This document shows, piece by piece, positions 39,179-51,400 of a DNA stretch of 64,000 nt. The DNA is from Phoronis australis. Its lineage: Eukaryota; Animalia; Phoronida. The stretch covers positions 62,001 through 126,000 of the forward strand of contig NMRA01000407.1 in the NCBI GenBank assembly GCA_002633005.1. Direction: 5' to 3'. The translations under genes were made by a program, and so were the position numbers. The notes below the pieces were generated by a model. The model did no database searches. It was given only the letters and a program-made list of their open reading frames with translations, and was not told the origin of the DNA. The stretch's first letter is position 1, and each line of letters starts with the position of its first letter.

Positions 39179-42100
39179 ATGGATGTCGCCAAAAGTTTGC
39201 CTATGAATCTGAAGGCGCTCCATTTACCAAACTTACAAAGTCGTTCCGAAAGAGTACCAAGAAGATATGAAGAAACCAAACCTGTGGTTGTACAAGATTT
39301 TACTCACAGAAAAATATGTGGTAGGTATTTATTTATTTGTCTTGTTGAAAATGATTGACGTGTAGTTTGATTCCATCCAACAATTGTTAGATGTAACTAT
39401 CATGTTATGTGTGCTTTACGAGACTACACGTACCTGGCTGTATTCAATATTTTTTTCATTAAAAATTTGTGAATTGTGTGTCATTAAAGTTTCATTTTCT
39501 TTTCTGCTTTTTTATTACTTGTAGATATTGGTAACCAGCTCTACCTCAAAACAATTCAAAAATGCAACACGATGACAGAGAATGCAGTCCGCGAAGCAGA
39601 GAGAACTACGTGGATACAAGCTGAAATATTGAAAAAAGTAAGAAACAAAACTTATCTACAAAAATACGAGTTCAATACATTTAACAACCACTGCTCAATA
39701 TACCATAGCTTCTTCTCTGATTTTGTAATATTTCAGTTACCCACGGTAACTGTTAAGTATAGGCTCTTGACACTCTTCCTGCTTCCATGCTAATCACAGT
39801 ATTACATCAGAATTGATTTGCCATTTTAATGTCACTTAAAGTTGTACACTGTCAGTTGCAGTGCTGCCTGATGTAAGGAATTAAATCTTGTAACTGATGC
39901 TAAGTGTTTTTCTATGTAAAACTGAAGTTGAATTTCTTAATGCAATTCCATTTCACTACTTCTATGTTGACAATTCTATAAAATAGTTTGCTTAGATTTG
40001 TTTTAAATCTGAATTTTGCCATGTTTATAGCTGGCTAAAAAGTAAAAAATCAAAACAAGGCTTTGGTCTCATAATTAATACTCCCGGGTTACTGTAATAG
40101 GATTCTGTAGTCATCAACAACTGCAGAACATCGAAACCAATACCAATTCAAAAAAATTCTTGGGATTGGTGAATCTGAATCCAAAAATTGTGCATCAAGA
40201 AAATGGTTGGGGTTGGCCAACCCTAAAATTGCGAATTTGAAAACACATTGTCCGTGACTTAGTAACGAATCAAATTATGATAAGGAATATTTACGAAACT
40301 GATTTTATGAGAGTAAAAAGCCTCGATTTTAGTTCTTAGCCAGCTAAACATGGGGAAATGTCACGTCAACATAAGTTTACCTGTTTTTTTGCTATTTTTA
40401 GGAGGCAGTGAGTGATGCAGTTTCTAAGGAACGAGAAGCACATGAAAGGACGATAAAAAAACTTCAAAAAATACATGAAAAACACGTGAAGGTAATACAG
40501 ATGATTTGGTCCCTTTTGTTAACAAGAATTTGTTGCCTTTGAAGCAATTAACCAATGAAGTATGTTTATCCTATTAGGTGTGATGTGTGAAATCTAATTT
40601 GCCATATTAACAAAAAATTAAAACAAATGGTTCCTCACCCCAAAACATAATTCAGTGAGGATTATATCGCATACACTCAGTTTATCTATCCAAATGAACA
40701 GCTACTATCATATTGTTCATAAACTTTGGACCAGAAAGAAATAACAAAATAAGCTGAATAGCATCGACAATGTACTATTAAAGGTCTGTTGGTGAACTCA
40801 AACTTGCCTGCTGTTTAGAGTCATGAGGAGATGGTTGTGCACAGTTTTAGGCACCTTATAAGCAACCTTATTGATCATGCTCACCATGGGACAGCCAGAC
40901 CTGTGTATGCCTGTAAAGATTTTGATATGGCTTCACCTGTAAATTCTTAAAGAAGCTACAATATCTTGTTATCAAGGAACGAATATAGACTTAAAGCAAT
41001 TGCTTAGTACATCCTTCATATCTTCGTCAATTTTTAAGATGAAAAAGTATTGACAGGATTTTTTTTACTATTTCAGGAAGAGATGCAGAAGATTGAAAGC
41101 AACATGCAGAAGATGACTATTGAGCAGGTGCAGGCAGAGCGTAAAGCTGGTGAGGCGAGGTTGGATGTAGCTGTGAAGCAGACTGAGGGGAGGTGTCACC
41201 AGGAACTAGTCAAAGCTGTACGTGAGGCACGGGCAGAGGAGCGACTGCTGGCCTCACAAGAGGCAGACCGTGTGGCCAGGTGAGTTATTCAGAGGGGTTC
41301 AGGAAGTATGGGAGTTCAGCGTCCCGCTCCTTAAAGCACGGCAATAAACCCACCTTCTGTCAGAAAAATTAATATTCGATTTTGACCGCAGCTTCGCCAT
41401 TACGAAATTGCATGGTCTTAACTTGTCTATGTATTTTCTGGATATGGGAAAAAATGACAGTTGATTCTTGTTTGAAAGTAAGCACTGCAAGTTGGCTTAA
41501 TTGTCATATGGCAGTAAACTGATATTAACAATTATAAGCCTGAGAAGCGAGAGCACACTTGAACATCTGATAATTTACTTGAATAGATGAAATTAGAAAA
41601 AGTATACAATTAATAATTTGATGGTTAGCAATATCACCTTGAGTCTGATAATATAACATTGAAAATTTGTACTTCATAATAATTAGTTTATCAATAGTTT
41701 TTTATTTGTGTTCAGGTGTATAAGTAACCCTGATGGATCGTAAGTATATTGGTATTAAAGTAAAACCATTGCCTTCAATTCAGTTATGCATTTGAGATAG
41801 TGTTTTGTTTGTTGGAGGAAGTGGTTATATAACCACAATCTACAAGGGATATGTATTCCATATCAATAATTTTCAAATTGATCTGAACACGCATCTTTTG
41901 AGTAATGTAGGGACAATGTACACAAATATGTTGTGGAGAATTTTTACTGTACTAACTGCTCAGTTTGGAAATATGTATCAAACTGGCTGTTGATCTGACA
42001 ATATTTTATAAACTTTGTTTCACAGTTTAGTGAATGTAAAGTTGATGTGACCGAGTATTTAGAAGGTAATTTAATTCCCGATTTGCTTGTTATTGTTATT

Positions 42101-42510
42101 GAAGATTGGAAGCTGAGAAGTTAGCAAAACTGTTACATGAGGCAAATGTAGATAAAGAGGAATCACTGCAGAAGTTGATGAAAGAAATGCAGGAAGAACA
42201 GGATCGTAGTGTGGCAGCTGCACGGCGAGAGGAGCAGGCAACTGCAACTGAGGAGATACGAGAACTAACTATGATGTTCACCAATCAGATAAATCATCTC
42301 AAACAACAGGTCAAAGGTCGTGAACAGACAATAGCCAATCAGAAGGTGGAGATTCAGAAACTGGAGGCAGAAACGGCTCAGATATTGTCAGAGCTGCATG
42401 ATGCAAGAAAGTCTTTTCAGGAATTCATTGACAAATCATTGTTGTTTGACCCTGGTCAGTCGGAATACGTCATACCTCCAACGTCACGACCTCTTACATC
42501 CAAGCCTTAG
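39179..42510 (+). CDS. C6orf163: C6orf163-like coiled-coil protein, ~317 aa
   Basis: Exons 39179-39320, 39525-39637, 40402-40491, 41077-41279, 42105-42510 with consistent phases; in-frame upstream ATG at 39140. FTHRKICDIGNQL, AERTTWIQA, ARAEER and FQEFIDKSLLFDPGQSEYVIP resemble my recollection of human C6orf163 (YTHKDILDIGANI, ARAEER, FQKYIN..PGHADFILP). Confidence 0.75.
40019..40352. mobile_element. MITE with ~18-bp TIR
   Basis: CCATGTTTATAGCTGGCTAA and TTAGCCAGCTAAACATGG; internal GGGGTTGGCCAAC.CTAAAATTG shared with ~13450. Confidence 0.65.
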
Positions 42511-43154
42511 TTGGTTTTCTGTAAGCCGGCCCTCAGTTTGACAGTCTATGCTACATGCGATGAACATGGCAGAGTGTGGAAAATAAATCAGACATTCCGG
42601 TTTATTGTGTTTATTGCAGTATTTCGCATTTTACAACAGCTGCATCAGCATGATCTCTTTGACAACAGTGCTTGTGGTAGCCAAAGCGTTGATGCACTGA
42701 TTCAGATATTACATAAAAATATAATCTATACTTGATTCGGTAAATCAAAAAACAAAGATAACTTTTTGTCAATGCAAAGGAAACACTGTAAGTAAAAAAC
42801 AAATGAACGAATATGGTAAATTGGTGGTGACATGGCGTTGCAGAATTTGTGGCAACAAAATAAAATGCATATCCGTACACCTGTGCATTGCCAACAATGT
42901 AAATCTGGCTACACCTCTCTGTGTAATTTGTATGATTGTGTGACTATGTCGACTCATTAGTTTGAGAACATCTATGAATGTATCGTCTAGTAATTCATGA
43001 ATTTCATGTAATTTGACATTTAAAATCTTAAAATTACATGAAATGTCAAAATGTCATCATTTATACTACATGTATCGGTGTCCTTAGGTTTCATATTAGA
43101 TACGGTAATTAATTTATTTCACACACAATATGCCCAACAAGCTGAATTCTATGC

Positions 43155-43488
43155 TGTATTTGCCCTAATAGGCGCCCAGGAACTTAGGAAAATTCTTCAT
43201 TGGGGGGGGCACTTATTGTAAACTAAGGCAGTTGAAACCCAGTCTCCGAAACGGGTAAAATCAGAAGCTAGGCAAGGCTGGTGGTCTACAAGTTTCGTTC
43301 ACAATGATTTTTTTCAGGACTGCCAGATCTTGTTGATTAATTGAAGACAATACTGTAGAATTTTAATACTGTGGGTATAAGTCGTGTTTCACATGTACAC
43401 ATTCATGGGCTGGGCGCTTTTTTTAGCAAAGTCTGAAAACGTGTGGGGTGCACTTATATGGGCTCGGGCGCTTATTGAGGTGAATACA
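43155..43488. mobile_element. Tc1/pogo-like MITE
   Basis: TGTATTTGCCCTAATAGGCGCCC and GGGCGCTTATTGAGGTGAATACA. Confidence 0.6.
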
Positions 43489-45465
43489 ATCAAATTTTTT
43501 ACACAAAAATGAAATTTAAGAAAATCTTAGTCCATTATTAACACAGGTTGTACTGTACAGGTATCACAAAACAACTTGTGGTACATTTTCCATTTTCAGC
43601 AATCAGCCTTTGAAAAATGACGAATTTGGTGACATTTTTTTCTGAAATAAGAGAATTACAATGCGTGTGTTCATATTGCAGTAGTTGTACTGTTCTCTTT
43701 ATTATTATGTAATGTTTCAAACAAATGTTAAGTCAGGTAACATTTATTGGCTTTAGGAAATCTTACAATGCAGGTCAGCTGAAGTACTAAGTGCAAGAAT
43801 GTGGTGTGGTCTCCATCATTGTGAAAAGGAGCTTGAACTGTTATACACTTTCCTTCAGAGATTTTGCCTTGTGAGTCTCTGGCAGACAGTCTAGTGGATA
43901 GAAAATGAAATTTTACAGAAGTGTTTTCCTACCCCTTTTCATACTGAAAGGTGGTCAGATTATGCAATCATGGTTATTTGGATTTTTAGGTAAACAAATG
44001 ACTACCCAGTCTTGTGAGCTAAAACTGAATTATGTTCATGGTGTTACATTCAACATCTAAGTCAATTATTTCTTGTCTAAGTAGCAAAATGAAACTAGAA
44101 TGTTTTCTTTTTATCAGAGACTACTAAAATATAAAGAATTTGTATTAAATCTTTAATCATAATCATATGCACTATTGTGGATTTGTCTTGTGCCATTAAT
44201 GTTGATGCAAAAGTGCCTTTTGGTGGTTAAAGAAATAACAAAGAATCTATTGCAATATGGGAGATATGAAATTTTGTGTGGTAAACATGATTTTCAGATT
44301 GATGTTGGGTTTTGTGGAATTAACGTATTGGTGATAATTGTTTGCGTGTTGTGTGTCGTCCATGACAATTTGTTATTCTTGGTTTTTGGTGCTCATATAT
44401 TTGTTAATTTTTGCAGTGACTCTACGTCAAAATACATGTAAATGCTGTGACTACTTAATTTGTTTAGACTTTCATAATAAGTGATATCACAACTATTGTT
44501 AATGAACAAATAAACATACAATGTATTATAAAAAATACAATTAGTACACGTCACCTAATTTCTCACATCATATACAGTATTCTAAGAAACCTTTAGCAAA
44601 TCGGCATTGTCACGATCCTTTTTGAGCCAGTTGATCCATCACCCACAAACTTAGACCCCCATGCTCAAATTGTTATTTGATCTCAACATGTACATTAGCA
44701 CATCACTAGAGATGCATTTCTGATATTGAGTCCGCTGCTTTCAAGTTAATAAAAGTAATCTCGACATTTTCAAGTTAAAAATGGTACCTATTAAAATGTG
44801 ACCAGAATAATTATTGGCAACGAAATTTGACCAAGAACGCCGAGCAAGGTGGTCTCAGTCTGCCTTTTGTGATTGATAGTATTACGTCACTACCCGATGC
44901 TCATTTTTAATGCTGGTGAGAGCACTGTAAGCACTCATAATGACTTACTTCCTGCTTGTTCAAGTACCATCATTCAATTAGGAACTTGAAGTTCGTCAAA
45001 TGGTGCGTGTGAAACAATGGTCCACGCACCCTACTGTCAAGCACATAAAGTAGGTATTAACCTGCCTTCCATCACTTTATTGCAGTGCCATTAGGCTCAT
45101 GGGCGTCTTTGCGAGACTGCGCTTATATGTAAAACTTAGGCGCATGTGCCATGCAAACCACTTTGGTTAAAAAGCAATGAAAAAAGGCTCATGGGCTCAA
45201 AGGTACGACAGTGCCCCTGCTGGTAAACAGCTTTCTATCCTCACACTACTCAAACAACAAAAAGAAAAAAATATTCTTTAACAGTGCCACTTTGTGAATA
45301 TCGAGTGTGCTGCTGTTACACGGCTTACATTAAATGGCACAATTTACCATAAAACAGACGACAAAACTACCAGCACCGTCCGAGTCCAAAGAATTCCAAG
45401 GAGATTTGTTAATGCCTTCACTGCCAAGATGTTCCTATGACACAATTATGACAGAACAGAAGCTG

Positions 45466-48400
45466 TCATGTCTCAGAAATCTCCAAATACTGTGGCTGTA
45501 CTTTGGCTACCTTTCTTGACTCTTTGGCCAGAGTTTTGGGACACTGCATCTCACACCAACTGATAGGCACCATGGTGGAACCTGAAACACAGTCACACTT
45601 CAGAGCTTTGAAAACAATGCACACAATTATTTTGCTCAAGATCGGAGGGCGTACCAAATTTTGGAAACAAAAAAATATTAGCAGTCTCAAATTCAAGAAC
45701 TGTAGGAATGACAAATTTTGTATTGGAGGCTCTTTTCCATGATTTCATCTCAGACTTAGTTGATACAAAATGCAATGTTCGACAGTTGAGAAGCATGGTG
45801 AATGCCAATTTATCCATGTCCCAATCTTCAGAGTCACAATAGTTCAATATTGTCTTCTGCCAGCAACAATACGGAGTTTAAATAATTATCTGCATAATGA
45901 TCTCTTTATATGTTAAGATGGTTGCAAACCTTACCAAGCATCCACAACCAACTGTAGACAAGAATTTCAAATTAAAATAAAAACCGGACAATCACAGCAC
46001 AAATGAAAACTAAAAGTTCATATTGATTCAACGTTCTGTATATTAATTAGACATCATCAGGTTATAAAGAATAAGATATCAAATTTATAATATGCGTTTT
46101 CCCGTCGATCCCAACTAGTTTGGTTCTATAGCTCAACAGCAAGTTGGGAAAATGACCCCTGTAACCAATATCTTACACGACTGTTTCTGACATTTATGGT
46201 TAATGGAGGGACAGCTCTCTTTTGTGCGATAATTGCTCTAATCGCCAATAAGATCGTATCTAGCCTGACTGGCTGCGCTGTTAACATATAACTTAAGTTA
46301 TAACATATTTGAACATAAAGCAATAGCATTTCTGAATTCCTGATCAAATGCTGATCATGTTTAGTTTTTGAATAGCCAAAATAGCCCAACTACAACCCAA
46401 GTTACGACAATCTATTCTTTCTGAACGTTCCATCGCTCTGGGTTTGACTGTGTTCACACATGGTCTGGAATAAGCCTGGTAGATAATTGGCCTGCCTGTT
46501 GTCATACCAGACAAAAGGCTGTGCTTGGCAGTTAACAAAGAAGCTAAACGTTATCACATGCTCACAACCCTCTACATCAGTAAATTCACTAAATGCAAGA
46601 ATGCCGTCATGACCTGATAATGTCTAATGAATAGACGAAATGAAACATTGAATCAATGTGAACTTTTGTGAAAAGTCACTTTTTGTTTTAAATAAAAATT
46701 CAAAAAAATCAACTACTGGTGGCTTCCTGCATAAACTAATGTTAATTGTTCTAAAATTTATACATTCAACATGTGAATATTACTTTGAAAACACAATGCT
46801 GAGGAAATCACTACTGATGCTGCTGTTGCTGTAGAATTGTTATTTTATTTCAAGTGTAATTCCAATTACATGATTAAATTACACTTTCCAATGGAATACA
46901 TAAAACACACACTTTTATTTCTACATTTTTTAACATCAAAGTACCTGCTTCACTTGTCGCTACCACAACACCCAACTCATTTTCAGCTGTGGACAAAAGA
47001 TAAGATTCTTTGTCACCAAACGATATCTAGTGTCATAATTCAGGAATCATCAAGAATACAATGCCAACTGTGAGGTTGTTGTCTAGGTTAATGTGATTCA
47101 TCATTGCTGAACGGACAGCAGTAACAAGAGCTTAGAGAAGTCTGGGGTTTTCTGAAACATTGGGCAGTTGACATTCTGAAAGGAAACTTCACCAATAACA
47201 TAAACATTAGAAAACTGCAAGAAACTGAACAACACATAATATCAGAGCAACTGTTGATCCATCCAGCACTTTTTTTTTAAACGAAGGAATGAGCACACCT
47301 CCAAAATTTGCTATCCATGCATTATGCGGGTAGGTAACCTTTGACGGTTACAAAGCAGTCTGGAGTCTTTCATGTATCTCTAACTATTGTTTCATTACCA
47401 GATATGACTTCAAAGCCACACTAAGAGGAAATATTTTCAAACAAGTATGAAGAAATACAAAATATGCACTGCTGCATTGAATCTTCATCCCGTGTCCGAC
47501 AACAGAATATATGTAGTTCTCTAGACTAGCCGTTTTGTGTTAATAGTAGTTTTCCGTTTAGTCACCAGGTGTATCTTTATGTAGTGTGTCTTGTTGCTGT
47601 GCCCAGTATGTTCTCTTTTGAGGTTTTGCCTGTAGCACAATGTTGATAGGTTTAATTCAACCTGAGCACTAGCTGGCATTCACTATTTGTCACTGCTTGG
47701 AGCTTTGTGTTTTATGAGCAGTCACAAGGCTTTATATTCATAGTATTTTTCTTGAGTATTTTAAGGCTGTGTAGCATATTGTATTGTTGTGTGTTTATAG
47801 CTTAGTAGTATATCTTTATTCAATACCTAGGCCTCCGGCCCTTGTTACAATCAAATCATCAAATACAATACAGGTAAAGGTCAACCACTAACAGTAAAAC
47901 GATCTCTTCTTCACTTGAGTGCAAAATGAACATATTTACATGTTGACCATATAAGATCCTTTTCCTCCATAGTCATCAGTCTGTTGAATTTTGTATCACT
48001 GGGATTGTTGTAGCTCCATGCAGGCAAATATCGTTTCCTAAGGTCATTGTAGAATAGACATTCGGTAACAAAATGATATTCTGACTCAACACATGGCCTA
48101 ATGCAGAGAGGGCATAATCTTTCTGGTCTGCTAAGTTTTAAGAGTCTAATCCTTTTCAATTTTTAGTGCATGCGTTGAACATCCTAATCTTACCAATGCA
48201 AATGAGATCTAACGCTTTGTCAATTACATCATTATCTAATTAATTTTCAAAACATATGTTGAATTTAAAAATTCCCAGCTTATTTCAATTGTTCAAAATT
48301 TCTAGCCATTTTTGCTGATCAATATCTATGTTTAAAAAGTGATAAGAAACTTGTCTCGGAACCTACACCCTGATTGTACCATGCTTCTCCAAAACCAAAC

Positions 48401-51400
48401 TGAAATAACAACTTCTTAACACCATTAGCCCAGCTAGGTTTACCAGCATTTTCTGTCATGTAGTACTGCCATTCATAGTAATGATATGTAATTTTTGATG
48501 CATCGGTTTTTAATACTTTTAACCAAAATTTCATAATTCTAGGAAGTCAATATACAATCTAGGAGTAATGACCCATCTCACCTCTAGCAGCCGATGCAAT
48601 ATTGCTGTGCCAGGCAAATATAAAATTTCTTTACAAAATTTTGTGAGGACTATTTCAATACATTCCCCAGCGTTTAAATTTATTGTAGTTGCTATTAATC
48701 CTGAGTTTCACAGTTTTCAGTATTAAAGACAGTTGCATGTGTGTCATTGACTCCGGTCCTTCTACCACTCTGTTACATACACCCTGAAGCGTTATACATG
48801 GAGTATCTGTTCCGACTCGATATATTGACTAAGACTCTATGTTTGTGATTTTCTAGTGAATGTGCATATCTGTGACGAATCAACATGTTATTTCTTTATG
48901 GCTTGTCCCACCTGCGTTGACGTCACATCCAAAAAGTCCATTTTTTGAGACAGACATACACAACAATATTTACATATACCTACTGAATGTGTTAATGCTT
49001 TCTATACTCTACTTCCACGAATGAATTGAAAAGGTGTCATTAGTGGACAACCCCTGTGGAAGCCTAGATCCAAAACTCTCGCTTTTACATCTTGTTATGT
49101 TGGTATCTAATTCAAATGCAGTGTGTCTTATTTGAATTATTAAGACGGGTTACATGATTCAAGTCTCCATAACCTCATAAGTTTACCAAGGATACAACTC
49201 TGGACAAGACGATATCACCAGGACGGAAGCTCTTGTACATGTCTACTCTGTCCCTGTCTGTCGCCCGTACATCTTCCTTGCGAATGAGTCCCCTGAACGG
49301 CCCGTCAAACAGCATGTTGTCCATACCAATTATGGCACACTTACAGAAGCGAGGGTTGACGTTGGTAATCTACAATGTAGCAACTTTAACAAGAGCAACA
49401 CAGAGAATTGATATGCGCCCACCATGTGCATCGCATATAGTGCGTATACAAGAGATGGTGCTTAGCAAGTCAGCAATGCTCTCCTCAATAGGAACACACC
49501 TGCCAAGCTCATAAAAAAATAAAGCTGGCACTGGGGGCACAGTGGCAGTCTGATATGTCCAAGTGTGGTCTGTTTTCAGGTTCATAGAAATACACTTGCC
49601 AAACTTCGCAAAGATTCAGCATGGAAAAACAGCTGCGGATGCGAAAAAAGCAAACTGCCATTAGGCGGCGCCACAGTAATCAAACTGTCCAAAAATTGCC
49701 AAGTATACTCTTCCCACTAGGAACACATTTACCAAATGAATTTTCATAAACATTCTTAGAGTGGTTTGGCCGATAGAGAGAGATGGACGCCAAAAAGACT
49801 ACAACATAAAAAAATGGGAACTAGCAAGCCCAAACTACGTCAAATCCATCTGAAAACAAAAAGGTGTCATTGCCCCAATAACAGAAACCTATTTGCCAAA
49901 TTTCATAGAAATCCACTGAGGAACTCCCAAGATACCGAGGAAAATGGAGAAAAATGAAATTGCCACTCTGGAGAGCACAGCAGGAGTCGGAATGTTGTCA
50001 TCATGCACTGTTACATTTCCTAAAAATACACTTTACAAATTTAACAAAGATCCTGCAGAGGGTTTAGGAGATGCACCCACTGACACAACAAAAACAAAAC
50101 TGCCACTAGGAGGGGAGGCGCCACAGTAGTCGGCACCGTTCAAAAAGCATTGCCACATGTCCTCTTCTCAGTAAGAACATCTTAAGAGGGGTTTGGACGA
50201 CAGAGAGGCGGACGCCAAAAAACAGACTAAAAATTAATAAAAACAGTGATTAGGTGCTGTGCACTACATCAATTGCATCTAAAACTGAAAGATATCATCG
50301 CCTTTTCAATAGAAATCTAATTACAAATTTACAAATTCGTCTATCAACTCCAAAGATACAGAGGAAAACTGAAAAAACAAAATTGCAACTAGGGGGCACC
50401 TGTTGTCACCTCCACGTCAATACAGTTGCCAAATTTAACAAAGATCGTATAAGGGGTTTAGGAGATACAGCCATGGACGCAAAACAACAAAACTGCCACT
50501 AGGAGGAGCCGCCGTAGTCGGAGCGTCTGAAAATCATCATCAGCTGTCCTCTTCCCAGAAGGAGCATAAATGTCAATTTATTAACCACCCTTCCACTGGT
50601 TTGGCTTATAAACTGGCAGATGGAAAAATAGACTCAAAAACAGTAAAAATGACCACTGGGTGGTGAAAAATACGATGAATCCATTTGAAAACATGAAAAT
50701 GGTGTCACATTCCTCATAGATACCTCCTTGCCACATTTCATGACAATCTGTTAAGGAACACCAAGGATAAAAGGGCAAAAAACTAAAATTGCTATCGATA
50801 TATGGATCCATCCGAAAATACACCTAGTATGCCGACCCATCCATGAAAGCAACATAACTGCAAATTTCATGAACATACATCAAGGTGTTTTGGAGATACA
50901 GCAGCGGATGACGGATGGATGGACAGATGGAAATGACGGCATAATGCACCCACATATAAATATGTGGGCGCATAAAATGCCATTTCAATGACTTTGAGTA
51001 CTAAGGTTCCGTACGTATGACCTTGTTGACAAGTCTTTTTATTTAGCCAAATATCTACAGAATTATAGTTTTTAAATCATTCAGTAAAAGTATAATTGTA
51101 TTTTCTAAAAGTGGAAACCTTTTATTTTAGATTTGTATTGACCTGTCCTTAATTGGGTCGTTTGACCTTGACCTTTTGGTACAATACAATTACATTAGGA
51201 GCAAACAACATAATTTTCCCAAATATGACTAATAGATGTTCAAAAAACTCTGATACAGCTTTCAAAATAACTGTTTCATTTTTTTTCATGCAAATTTTGA
51301 TTTTTTCAAAAAAATCGTAAAAGTCTTATTCTTTGAGAGCCCCTCATTCAAAAGAAGAGCACCTTAAAAACAACACCTAAAAGGGTTTTGGATAGCATAG

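Noticed and set aside
45466-45847. Initially read as a transposase remnant
   Set aside because: It contains the last EXOSC1 exon; the other frames are incidental.
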